Assembly: GCA_022823605.1 (NCBI GenBank)
Contig: JAJEHS010000004.1
Coordinates: 85,190-149,189 of the forward strand
Origin: Paracoccaceae bacterium
GTDB lineage: Bacteria > Pseudomonadota > Alphaproteobacteria > Rhodobacterales > Rhodobacteraceae
DNA: 64,000 nt
Direction: 5' to 3'
Under the pieces are notes generated by a model. That model had not been told where the DNA came from, did not search any database, and saw only the letters and a program-made list of their open reading frames with translations. Below are positions 54,930 to 64,000 of this stretch, in pieces. The translations under genes and the position numbers were made by a program. The number at the start of each line of letters is the position of its first letter. Position 1 is the first letter of the stretch.

Positions 54930-56045
54930 TTATTCCAAGGTTACACCATAATCTTCGGCCAACCAATTAATGACAAACTCCTTGGCAACTGGATCAACCT
55001 GGGTACCCAGCTCAAGACTTGCAGCGGCAAGTGCCCCGGTCATTTGAGGATAAACTCCCAATCTGGCTTCCGAGATTTCGGGGAAATCCGGGCGGGCAAT
55101 CACAGCATCAAAGGCCTTGGTATAGGTATCAATTGCTTCCTGGGTAGCACCTTTTGGAAGAAATACCATTTTCTGGGCAGGAAATCCTGCAATGAAGAAG
55201 GCTTTCCAGGCATCCCATGCTTCTCCGCTTGTTTCACATCCCGGAGTTGCTTCACAGACTTCCTTAAATGAAGGAATATCCGGGAATGTCGGGTCTCTTA
55301 CGACATTACCATTGTCATCCAGGGCACCCCACGTCATCATGGGTACGGCCTGACCGTTCTCGACCAGTGGCACGACACTCTTCAAGTATGCCGAGGAAGT
55401 TTGGTAATCTATATTTGCCTCACCTCTTTCAAACATGAGACGACCATCGCCCCTACCTTTTATTCCAAATACGGGCTCAACCGACATTCCAAGCATTTTC
55501 CAGGCAAGCAGGGGGACAAGGTCCAATCTTGTGGCACCCTGACTGCCCCAGATGAAATCGGTTCCGGCAAGACCTGAGGCATCCATACCATTCATCATGC
55601 CTGCCAAATCGGGAGGAAGGAAGGCAACACCACCTGTACCTGAAGCCAGAACTACATTCCAGTCGGCATACTCGTACTTCACCCGAGGATCACCAAGCAA
55701 GTAAGGGAATTGAGTTGATCCGGAGGAGCCGAATATCAATGTCCCATTGGTATCTTCGTAAGTTTGCTCCTGAAACCAATTGGCACCTTTCGTGGAACCT
55801 GCTCCAGGCATGAATTTCACAACAACGGTAGGTTGCCCGGGAAGTGCCTCGCTTAGAAGTGGTGCATAAAAATTGGCCCATTTGGCAGACCCGCCTGTTT
55901 CAGAAAATGGTATTACAAATTCTACGGTTTCACCTGAAAGGTCCAAATCAGCTGCCTGCGAAGTTGCAATCGAGGCACCTGCTATAAATGTAGCCAGAAC
56001 TACAAGGTGTAATACCTTGCGTATTGCCTTGTTTAAATCAATCAT
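54930..56045 (-). CDS. TTT-system periplasmic substrate-binding protein (TctC/Bug-like, divergent)
   Basis: Signal peptide, then a VVVKFMPGAGSTKGANWF motif resembling the Bug-family PGAGG loop. Position upstream of tctA. ATG 56045 is preferred (the track TTG 56057 lies in the SD TTGGAGAAATTAATG). Confidence 0.6.
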   Translation of the reverse strand: MIDLNKAIRKVLHLVVLATFIAGASIATSQAADLDLSGETVEFVIPFSETGGSAKWANFYAPLLSEALPGQPTVVVKFMPGAGSTKGANWFQEQTYEDTNGTLIFGSSGSTQFPYLLGDPRVKYEYADWNVVLASGTGGVAFLPPDLAGMMNGMDASGLAGTDFIWGSQGATRLDLVPLLAWKMLGMSVEPVFGIKGRGDGRLMFERGEANIDYQTSSAYLKSVVPLVENGQAVPMMTWGALDDNGNVVRDPTFPDIPSFKEVCEATPGCETSGEAWDAWKAFFIAGFPAQKMVFLPKGATQEAIDTYTKAFDAVIARPDFPEISEARLGVYPQMTGALAAASLELGTQVDPVAKEFVINWLAEDYGVTLE

Positions 56046-56382
56046 TAATTTCTCCAAAAAAAGTTTTCAAGGTTGTGAAGCCAAATTAAATGGTCCACTA
56101 CCTTAAGGAATGAAGAGTGAAATATAACCAAGCTAGTGTAAATGTAAAACAGGTTTATTCAAATCAGCCAAACTAACTTACACTTTATGAAAAGCAGGCT
56201 AAGGAAAATCATTCTTGGGTCCTTATCCTTTTTGGTGGGTAATTGGACTTATGGAAATAGTTATACGGTAAAAAGCGGTTCCCAATTCCCTGTAGACATT
56301 AGCTATACCAAGATGATTTCAGACAACGGAGTAGCATTCTCCTTGGTGGTTCAAGTGCCAATATTCCGACTTTGCCCAACCT

Positions 56383-57180
56383 TCAAGTCTGATGAGAATC
56401 TACCCTCCGGCTGGAAATAAAGTGCAGAACCTCGGTAACTCTGGATGCATTGCCTTTGGCAATCCTGCCATCGTCATGATATAAATTGTTCTCAAACCCG
56501 ACCCTGATGTTGTGTCCATGCTTGAATGTTGCTGACAATATCCTGGTTTCCAGCCTGCCAAAAGCACATACTGCAAGCTGTGTGTTCGGAATTTCTTTAT
56601 CCACATTGGAAAGCAGTGGTTCCAGATCCTCAAATCTGGCAGGAGTGCCGCCATAAGTTCCCATGACGAGTAAAATTTGTAGCCTTGCCGAGGGCACTAT
56701 GCCCTTGGCAACCATTCTGGCCAGCAAATCGACATCCTTCATGGTATACAGTATATGCTGAATATCCTTACCCGTCTCAAAGGCTTGGTGATACGCCCGG
56801 CCTGCCGACTCCCATTCACCGTCGGCCAGAAACTCCCTAATTGCAACCGATACTGACTGCGCTCCGAGCTTGGGTAGAATGCTGCGTTGTTCAGATGGGC
56901 TGTACATACCAGCACTCTCGGTCGTCAACTGGACCAACATGTCCGGTACAGCGGTTTTCAATTCTTCCATTACCTCCCGATAAAGACCGATATCAAGGGT
57001 ATGTTGTCCCTTGTTGTTCCTAACATGGACATGAATTGCATCAGCCCCTGCCCGATGACATGCAATGGCATCAGAAACAAGCTCAGGTATGGTTATAGGC
57101 AGGTTGGGATGGTCATCCTTGGTCCTGCGGGCCCCGTTCGGTGCAACCATAACTTGGGGTAAACTATTACCCCATGGCAT
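56383..57180 (-). CDS. beta-keto acid cleavage enzyme (BKACE / DUF849, 3-keto-5-aminohexanoate cleavage enzyme family)
   Basis: VMVAPNGARRTKDDHPNLPITIPELVSDAIACHRAGADAIHVHVRN is a typical BKACE N-terminus. The start is either ATG 57180 (14-nt overlap with the upstream gene) or ATG 57150. Confidence 0.8.
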   Translation of the reverse strand: MPWGNSLPQVMVAPNGARRTKDDHPNLPITIPELVSDAIACHRAGADAIHVHVRNNKGQHTLDIGLYREVMEELKTAVPDMLVQLTTESAGMYSPSEQRSILPKLGAQSVSVAIREFLADGEWESAGRAYHQAFETGKDIQHILYTMKDVDLLARMVAKGIVPSARLQILLVMGTYGGTPARFEDLEPLLSNVDKEIPNTQLAVCAFGRLETRILSATFKHGHNIRVGFENNLYHDDGRIAKGNASRVTEVLHFISSRRVDSHQT

Positions 57181-58501
57181 TTTCAAAAACCCTCTCAATC
57201 GCTCGGGCAAGTTTTTCTGCAAGCTCATCCACCTGGGCCTTGGTGATGATATATGCAGGTGCCAGAAGAACATGGTCTCCACGGGAACCATCTATAGTCC
57301 CTTGCATGGGGTAACAAATCAATCCTTCCGACATGGCAGCGGCTTTCAGCTTTCCTGCCATGTTCAGGTTTGGATCAAACGGTTCCTTTGTCCGGCGGTC
57401 CACAACAAATTCAATCCCCATGAATAAACCCCGCCCCCGGATGTCTCCAACATGGGGATGCTGTCCAAACTCCAAACCCAATGCTGAATGCAGGTATTGT
57501 CCAGTCTGCTTTACCTGGTCAACAAGTCCCTCTTCATCCATTTCCCGTAATACGGCAACGCCGGCAGCTGCCGCCAGAGAATGTCCATGATAGGTATGAC
57601 CATGTTGAAAAAACCCGGATCCCTTTGCTATGGCATCGTGAATGTATTTCTGGCAAAGCATGGCGCCTAGCGGTTGATAACCCGCCCCCAAACCCTTTGC
57701 CATCGTGATGATGTCAGGAGTAACAGATTCTTGGTCAATGGCAAACATGCTACCGGTACGTCCGGCCCCACACATGACCTCGTCAGCAATAAACAATATG
57801 CCATGCTGATCACAGATCTTTCGGATATGCCTAAAATATCCCGTCGTGGGAGGTACAGCCCCCAACGTAGCTCCGACAACAGGTTCAGCAATAAATGCCA
57901 TCACATTATCAGAACCCAATCTGGTAATTTCTTCCTCAAGCTCATTGGCCATGCGAAGACTATATTGTTCAATTGTTTCTTCCGGTTGCTGACCACGATA
58001 AGCATAACAGGGAGAAATGTGGGATGTTTCGATCAATAAAGGAGAAAATTGACGTCTACGCCATACATTGCCACCCACCGCAAGAGCCCCAAGGGTGTTA
58101 CCATGAAAGCTTTGCAGGCGTGCAATTATTCGGTTTCTCTTTGGTTGTCCTATTTCAAGAAAATACTGACGGGCAAGCTTGAGTGCCGCTTCGACCGCCT
58201 CTGATCCTCCCGATACAAGATAGACCTTCTCTATACCATTTGGTGCCTTGGCAATTAATTGCTCAGCAAGAAGTTCAGCCGGTTCGGAAGTAAAAAATCC
58301 AGTGTGGGCAAATGCCAGTTTCTCAAGTTGATTCTTTAATGCCGCCCTGACCCTGGAATTGGAATGACCAAGACATGAAACTGCAGCTCCTCCAGATCCA
58401 TCAAGGTAACGTTTACCGTTTTTGTCAAATAGATAAACTCCCTCACCGCTTGCCACTGTTGGCAATTCTGTCCTTGAATTCCGGCCAAAAACATTACTCA
58501 T
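57167..58501 (-). CDS. class-III (omega) PLP-dependent aminotransferase
   Basis: GGAAVSCLGHSN, IAEPVVGA, DEVMCGAGRTG, and the PLP-lysine context TMAKGLGAGYQPLGA. Confidence 0.88.
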   Translation of the reverse strand: MSNVFGRNSRTELPTVASGEGVYLFDKNGKRYLDGSGGAAVSCLGHSNSRVRAALKNQLEKLAFAHTGFFTSEPAELLAEQLIAKAPNGIEKVYLVSGGSEAVEAALKLARQYFLEIGQPKRNRIIARLQSFHGNTLGALAVGGNVWRRRQFSPLLIETSHISPCYAYRGQQPEETIEQYSLRMANELEEEITRLGSDNVMAFIAEPVVGATLGAVPPTTGYFRHIRKICDQHGILFIADEVMCGAGRTGSMFAIDQESVTPDIITMAKGLGAGYQPLGAMLCQKYIHDAIAKGSGFFQHGHTYHGHSLAAAAGVAVLREMDEEGLVDQVKQTGQYLHSALGLEFGQHPHVGDIRGRGLFMGIEFVVDRRTKEPFDPNLNMAGKLKAAAMSEGLICYPMQGTIDGSRGDHVLLAPAYIITKAQVDELAEKLARAIERVFENAMG

Positions 58502-58590
58502 ACCTACCTCGGCTGGTTCAACTAATTGAGAAAAACTTTATATCCCTGAAATCAATTGTGGCTGGTTTGGTTCAATTTGGGTAGTGCCAT

Positions 58591-61221
58591 TCATTGTATC
58601 AGTCGACGGCGACGGAGTTGAAGCCAGACTATGAGAGCTAGCAACAAAACCGAGGGGATATAGAATGTTTCCTTGGGAATCCGGTCGGCCTCGGTTTCAA
58701 TATAAAGTACCTCCCAGTCAAAATCGATACCTTTCTCCTGCGCATACTGTCCAAAATTGAGCATGTCGACAAAGACCCTGCCATCATCTTCCGTTCGAAA
58801 TGACAGTCCTGCATGACGATCAAGCCTGAGGGCACCATCACCATCTGAAACTTTGCCAAGTGGAAGTTCAAGTGTCGTTGCAACTATCTCTCCAGTCACG
58901 AAGTCTTCGCCTGACATTCTGACCCTGATACTTGCCATGTCAGGTGCGATATCAGCCATTGCAACCAATTCCGAGGGGGGAATTCGATCATAAGGTTCCG
59001 ATATCATATCAAGCAAGAATCCTGGACGAAAAAGGCTGAAGGCAATCAACAACAACACGGCACTCTCCCAAAGCCGTGAGCGGGTCAGGAACCAATTCTG
59101 CGATGCTGCCGCGAAAAGCAACATCGCCACAACAGAAACAAGAAATACGAAAACAGCCTTCCCGAAAGTTACATCTATCAGCAACAATTCGGTATTGAAA
59201 ATAAACAAAAATGGCAGAATAGCCGTCCTGATATCGTAGGAGAATCCAATGACACCAGTTTTGATTGGGTCTCCACCCGATATGGCTGCTGCTGCAAAAG
59301 CCGCTAGACCAACAGGAGGGGTGTCATCGGCAAGAATACCAAAGTAGAACACAAACATATGAACGGCAATGAGAGGTACCACAAGACCAGATTTGGCACC
59401 GACTGCAACGATTACAGGGGCCATAAGCGATGTAATGACAATATAGGTTGCAGTTGTTGGCAATCCCATACCGAGTACCAGTGAGAAGAGAGCCACAAAA
59501 ACTAGCATCAACAACAGATTACCACCGGAAAGCACCTCTATGAACTCACCGATAACCTGATGGGCACCTGTCAAGGATACCGTTCCAACTATGATACCCG
59601 CTGTACCTGTGGCTACTGCGATACCAACCATGTTGCGTGAACCAGCAACCATTCCCTCTATCAATTCATTCCATCCACGAGATACTGCCGGGGCAATTCT
59701 TCTTTCACCCCTGAACCAACCCTTGATTGGGTGCTGTGTGACCATGACGAAAATCATGGCAAATGTGGCCCAGAAGGCAGAAAGTCCTGGAGATAGACGC
59801 TCGATCATCAAATTCCAGATCAGAACAATAACTGGTAAAATATAATAGGTACCGGTTTTGGCAATAGGTCCGGGCAATGGCAACGACTTGAAGGGGGTAT
59901 TGGGATCATCAACCGTCAAATCAGGTTGTAAAGATGACCATTTGAGAAGCACAAGATAGGAAACAATGAACAAAACCGATATACCAATCAATGAGTAGTT
60001 CCCGAGTACGGGTTTGAGCCAACCAAGACCATAATATGTCATGAGGCACAATGCACAAAATATTGCAATGCCCAGAGCTAGCCGGGCAAGTCTTGCCAGT
60101 AATGGCTTGGGTTCACTGGCTCTTGGCAAACCCTTCAACTGCAACTTCTCAGCCTCGAGATGAACGATATAAATCAGTGCAATGTAGGAAATAACCGCAG
60201 GCAGGAAGGCATGTTTGACAACCTCTAGATAGGATATGCCAACATATTCGACCATTAGGAAAGCAGCAGCCCCCATGACCGGTGGTGTTAATTGTCCGTT
60301 GGTTGATGAGGCGACTTCGACGGCCCCGGCTTTCTCGGCCGAAAATCCAACCCGTTTCATAAGGGGTATGGTAAATGTTCCAGTAGTAACAGTGTTGGCA
60401 ATGGAAGACCCCGAAATGAGGCCAGTTGCAGCTGATGCTGCCACCGCAGCTTTTGCCGGTCCTCCAGTCAAGTGGCCCATCAGGGCAAAGGCAAGCTTGA
60501 TAAAGTAGTTCCCTGCACCGGCTTTCTCAAGCAGTGAACCAAACAATACAAATAGGAATACCATTGAGGCTGATACACCCAATGCAAGCCCAAAAACTCC
60601 TTCTGTCTGCATCCAGAAATGCCACATGGCCTTACCAAAACTTGCTCCTTTCCACTGCATGGCATCCGGAAAGAAGTTGGCATCCCCAAAAAACACGTAA
60701 AGAAGGAATACACTGGCAACCACAACCATCGGTAATCCAAGGGCGCGGTAGGTTGCTACGAGCACAATAACAAGTCCAGTAGCCGATACAACTAGATCAG
60801 AAGTTGTCGGTAATCCTGAACGATTGGAAATGGCTGCCGAATTGGCTATAAGGTAAAGGGTTGCGCACAAACCTGCAACTACCAATATCCAGTCATACCA
60901 TGGAATTCTATCTCGTGAAGCTGACTTAAAGAGAGGATAGGCGAAGGCTGCGAGTGTTAACCCGAATGCCAGATGCAATACCCTTTCCGTATCGGAATTG
61001 ACATAAATCCAGTTTATTCCAAGTGCTTGGGCCAGAAATGCCGGTAAGGGTGAAGCGTTAATTATTTGTAATGTAGCCCAGAGCAAGGCTATACCAGTGA
61101 TGACACCTGCTTGCCAATTATCAGGATTACGTCCACCTATATCCAGATCACTTGCAAGTGTTTTAGCTTCTGAGTGAGTGGTTGATCCTGATGTGTTTCT
61201 TGAGGTCATGATAGTCCCCAT
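58591..61221 (-). CDS. TRAP transporter fused 4TM/12TM permease (TAXI type) with a C-terminal soluble extension
   Basis: About 876 aa and polytopic. Typical of TAXI-associated fused permeases. The last ~150 aa are hydrophilic and end in one more TM segment. Confidence 0.85.
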   Translation of the reverse strand: MGTIMTSRNTSGSTTHSEAKTLASDLDIGGRNPDNWQAGVITGIALLWATLQIINASPLPAFLAQALGINWIYVNSDTERVLHLAFGLTLAAFAYPLFKSASRDRIPWYDWILVVAGLCATLYLIANSAAISNRSGLPTTSDLVVSATGLVIVLVATYRALGLPMVVVASVFLLYVFFGDANFFPDAMQWKGASFGKAMWHFWMQTEGVFGLALGVSASMVFLFVLFGSLLEKAGAGNYFIKLAFALMGHLTGGPAKAAVAASAATGLISGSSIANTVTTGTFTIPLMKRVGFSAEKAGAVEVASSTNGQLTPPVMGAAAFLMVEYVGISYLEVVKHAFLPAVISYIALIYIVHLEAEKLQLKGLPRASEPKPLLARLARLALGIAIFCALCLMTYYGLGWLKPVLGNYSLIGISVLFIVSYLVLLKWSSLQPDLTVDDPNTPFKSLPLPGPIAKTGTYYILPVIVLIWNLMIERLSPGLSAFWATFAMIFVMVTQHPIKGWFRGERRIAPAVSRGWNELIEGMVAGSRNMVGIAVATGTAGIIVGTVSLTGAHQVIGEFIEVLSGGNLLLMLVFVALFSLVLGMGLPTTATYIVITSLMAPVIVAVGAKSGLVVPLIAVHMFVFYFGILADDTPPVGLAAFAAAAISGGDPIKTGVIGFSYDIRTAILPFLFIFNTELLLIDVTFGKAVFVFLVSVVAMLLFAAASQNWFLTRSRLWESAVLLLIAFSLFRPGFLLDMISEPYDRIPPSELVAMADIAPDMASIRVRMSGEDFVTGEIVATTLELPLGKVSDGDGALRLDRHAGLSFRTEDDGRVFVDMLNFGQYAQEKGIDFDWEVLYIETEADRIPKETFYIPSVLLLALIVWLQLRRRRLIQ

Positions 61222-61294
61222 GGGTTACAGATTGACTTAAAACCCAACGTCCATGGGAACACAGCCGGAAATACCGGCTGTGCTGGATTTAGAT

Positions 61295-62278
61295 TTACTC
61301 AATTAGACCTAATTCCTTGTAGGCCTTGATGGCACCTGGATGTAATGGTGCTGACAACGAATCACTGACCATTTCTTCAGCTTTCAGGTTGGCAAAAGCT
61401 GGATGCAATTTGCGAAAATCGTCAAGATTGGCAAGAACCGCCTTCGCAACAAGATACACAACCTCATCGGGCACATCGGCAGATGTAACAAAGGTCGCAC
61501 CTACACCAAAGGTCGGTATATCATCAGGATTGCCTGGATACATCCCCCCTGGAATGGTTGCATTTCGATAATACGGCCTTTCAGCAATAAGTTGGTCAAT
61601 TTCTGGTGCAACTGCAGGGACGATTACGGCATCACATGATGCGATGGTTTCATGCGTGAGAGCTGAAGGATGTCCAACAAGCCAGAAATACCCGTCTATT
61701 TTGTTGTCACAAAGAGCCGAGCCGGTTTCAGCCGATTTCATCTTGGCTGCAAGGGCTAGATCATCACGGCTCCATCCCATTGCTTCTTCAATAACTTCCC
61801 ATGTGCCAAGTGTGCCCGATCCATCATTACCAATATTAAAACGTGTTCCGGGAATATCAGTAATATTATTTATACCAGCATCCCGGCGAGCAACAATGGT
61901 TACTGGTTCAGGATGAACTGAAAACACAGCCCGCAGACCCTCGAACTGGTTATCCTCGAATCTTGATGTACCATGGTAGGCATGGTATTGCCAGTCAGAT
62001 TGGGCCACCCCAAACTCAAGTTCACCACCCTTGATAGTGTTAATATTGTAAATGGAACCACCGGTTGACTCCACAGAACATCGAATGCCATGTTCCTTGC
62101 GATCCTTGTTAACCAGTCGACAGATTGCACCTCCAGTTGGATAGTACACTCCTGTCACGCCCCCTGTCCCGATCGAAATGAATTGCTGCTGTGCTGCAAC
62201 AAATGACACTGAAGCAATGCTTGTACCAATAGCAACAACAATTGCTGCAGCAAATCTAGTCAGATTATATAGTTTCAT
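61295..62278 (-). CDS. TAXI-family TRAP transporter solute-binding protein
   Basis: Signal peptide followed by ISIGTGGVTGVYYPTGGAICRLVN, the TAXI signature. ATG 62278 with GGAG 7 nt upstream is preferred over the track TTG 62290. Confidence 0.88.
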   Translation of the reverse strand: MKLYNLTRFAAAIVVAIGTSIASVSFVAAQQQFISIGTGGVTGVYYPTGGAICRLVNKDRKEHGIRCSVESTGGSIYNINTIKGGELEFGVAQSDWQYHAYHGTSRFEDNQFEGLRAVFSVHPEPVTIVARRDAGINNITDIPGTRFNIGNDGSGTLGTWEVIEEAMGWSRDDLALAAKMKSAETGSALCDNKIDGYFWLVGHPSALTHETIASCDAVIVPAVAPEIDQLIAERPYYRNATIPGGMYPGNPDDIPTFGVGATFVTSADVPDEVVYLVAKAVLANLDDFRKLHPAFANLKAEEMVSDSLSAPLHPGAIKAYKELGLIE

Positions 62279-62592
62279 TATTTTCTCCAAATCAATTTAC
62301 CATTCCAATGGTATAACCAAGGAATGGATAGTCTTAACCTCATTCTAATCCGTATGGTTGAAGTGTCAAGCATTATCAAAGAACTTGAAACATAGGGCAA
62401 AGAACTAGCAATTCTCAAAGCTTTTTCTCAAATTCAGACCATTTTTGTATCAAAAATTGTTATTTTATGCAGAATTTTAGAGAGTTTTTTAAGTCATTGA
62501 ACTTCTGGAGCAAGATCTTAATGATTGAAAAGTACATCACTAATATTGGTGTATATTTAGGGGATATATACTAGTTTATCCAACTTCCCCAT

Positions 62593-64000
62593 CTAGCCGA
62601 TTTTCCTTTTTCGTTCCAGTCTTCTTTGATGAAGAATGAATTCAGTATATCCCGAGGATTGGATATCTCCCTTGAACACCAGATCACAAGCCGCTTTAAA
62701 GGCTTCTCCATCAAAGGTAGGTGCCATGGGAATATAATTGGGATCTTCCTTGTTTTGACCATCAACAACCACTGCCATTTCCTTCATCGAATTCATTACA
62801 GTTTCCTTGTCCACAGTCCCGTGATGAAGCCAATTTGCCACATGCTGAGAGGATATACGACAGGTGGCTCTATCCTCCATCAAACCAACATTGTTAATAT
62901 CAGGTATTTTCGAACACCCTATACCCTGATCAACCCATCTGACAACATACCCGAGAATGCCCTGTAGATTGTTCCTGATTTCTTGGAGTATCTCGTCCCC
63001 TGACCAATCAGTTGCTTCGGCGATGGGAATTTGCAGAATGGTATCCAGTGAAGCACGTTGTCCATTATCGAGTAATCGGTCCTGGATTTCCTTGACATCA
63101 ACCTTGAAATAATGAACGGCATGGAGTGTGGCAGCAGTGGGACTTGGTACCCAGGCAGTATTGGCCCCAGCCAATGGATGCTCAATCTTTTGCTCAAGCA
63201 TTTCCTTCATCAAATCGGGCATTGCCCACATACCCTTGCCAATTTGACTTTTGCCTTTCAAACCACAGTTCAACCCCACATCCACATTCCAGTTTTCGTA
63301 CGCAGGTAACCAGGGAGCCTGTTTTAAACTTCCCTTGCGAAGGAAAGGCCCCATTTTGAACGATGTATGGATTTCATCTCCCGTTCTGTCCAAAAACCCG
63401 GTATTAATAAAGGCAACCCTCTTCATGGCAGCCCTGATACATTCCTTTAAATTGACCGTGGTTCGTCTTTCCTCATCCATTATACCAATCTTTACCGTAT
63501 ACTGCTCCAATTCCAGAATTTCCTCAACGCGGGAAAATAACCGGTCAGCCAAGGCAACTTCATCTGGCCCATGCATTTTGGGTTTGACTATGTAAATCGA
63601 ACCTTCCCGTGAATTACCATTTGTTCCCTTGAGATCATGTAAACCTATAAGGGTGGTACAAAGGGCATCAAGAATGGTTTCACTTACCTGATTTCCGTCT
63701 AAATCGGTTACGATGTTGGTATTGATGTGTGAAGCTGAGTTTCTAATAAGCAACAATGCTTGTCCCTTGAGGGTTAGTTTGTTCCCCTTGGGAGTAATGA
63801 ATTCCTTATTCCCCTTGATTACTCTGGTTATATTTGCTCCATCCTTTTCAAATTCGGCAACCAGATCGCCTTTCATTATTCCCAGCCAGTTTTCATAGGC
63901 CAGAATTTTATCCTCTACGTCAACTACGGCTACCGAATCCTCACAATCAAGAATGGTTGTTATGGCTGATTCCAAAACTACATCAGCTATCCCGGCAGGA
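62593..64000 (-). CDS. glcB: malate synthase G, C-terminal ~470 codons (the gene continues past the right edge)
   Basis: ...[27 protein letters not shown]..., [17 protein letters not shown] and [11 protein letters not shown]. The frame is open to position 64000, and the track M at 63975 is an internal TTG. Confidence 0.92.
   Translation of the reverse strand, partial: PAGIADVVLESAITTILDCEDSVAVVDVEDKILAYENWLGIMKGDLVAEFEKDGANITRVIKGNKEFITPKGNKLTLKGQALLLIRNSASHINTNIVTDLDGNQVSETILDALCTTLIGLHDLKGTNGNSREGSIYIVKPKMHGPDEVALADRLFSRVEEILELEQYTVKIGIMDEERRTTVNLKECIRAAMKRVAFINTGFLDRTGDEIHTSFKMGPFLRKGSLKQAPWLPAYENWNVDVGLNCGLKGKSQIGKGMWAMPDLMKEMLEQKIEHPLAGANTAWVPSPTAATLHAVHYFKVDVKEIQDRLLDNGQRASLDTILQIPIAEATDWSGDEILQEIRNNLQGILGYVVRWVDQGIGCSKIPDINNVGLMEDRATCRISSQHVANWLHHGTVDKETVMNSMKEMAVVVDGQNKEDPNYIPMAPTFDGEAFKAACDLVFKGDIQSSGYTEFILHQRRLERKRKIG

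Noticed and set aside
56187-56420. 77-aa ORF with a signal-peptide-like N-terminus in the 325-bp gap between the TTT and BKACE clusters
   Set aside because: It overlaps the 3-prime end of the BKACE gene by 38 nt on the opposite strand. It has no ribosome-binding site or recognisable domain, and its composition is unremarkable, so it is kept only as a note.
62279-62290. Upstream TTG starts proposed by the ORF track for the TAXI gene. The same pattern occurs at 56057 for the TctC-like gene and at 25837 for ilvC.
   Set aside because: In all three cases the sequence is TTG-GAG-A.. followed 2-3 codons later by ATG. The TTGGAG is the Shine-Dalgarno element, not a start codon.

Overview
This is a 64-kb chromosomal segment of about 40% GC. 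By gene content it looks like a marine alphaproteobacterium: split glyQ/glyS, ctaD, many TRAP/TAXI, TTT and ABC uptake systems, and weak or absent Shine-Dalgarno sites. That taxonomic call is inference only. There are two parts. (1) Positions ~135-8833 form an accessory, defence-type island that abuts the 3-prime end of a tRNA-Ser(UGA) gene. It carries a class-II Fic protein, an orphan membrane-anchored protein of unknown family, a translationally coupled Dam-like methyltransferase plus putative restriction enzyme preceded by two tiny ORFs, a dead IS1595-family transposase (5-prime truncated, in-frame amber codon), a solo OLD-family ATPase/Toprim nuclease, and a divergently transcribed excisionase-type HTH gene. 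No integrase is visible. (2) Positions 8924-64000 are mostly housekeeping and transport genes. The housekeeping genes are dacA-like, tmk, holB, tatD, lipB, ctaD, carA, ilvC, glmM, ppdK-like, glyQS, rbsK, a cobalt-type nitrile hydratase, GH116, Prx, AlaX, an MscK-like channel and glcB. The transport and catabolic clusters are a Pot-type ABC system, a TTT system with PrpF and a CysK-like enzyme, and a TAXI-TRAP system with an omega-aminotransferase and a BKACE enzyme. tRNA-Leu(GAG) and tRNA-Ser(GGA) also lie in this part. The most interesting items are the uncharacterised genes inside the island, a C9A6 homopolymer at the 5-prime end of a repeat-rich autotransporter gene (candidate phase variation), a trypsin-fold protein with two catalytic-triad residues replaced, a PPDK with a degenerate nucleotide-binding domain, and a nitrile hydratase with no activator gene but a His-rich alpha N-terminus. 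No CRISPR array, rRNA or intact mobile element was seen. All functional calls come from motif reading by eye; no database search was run.
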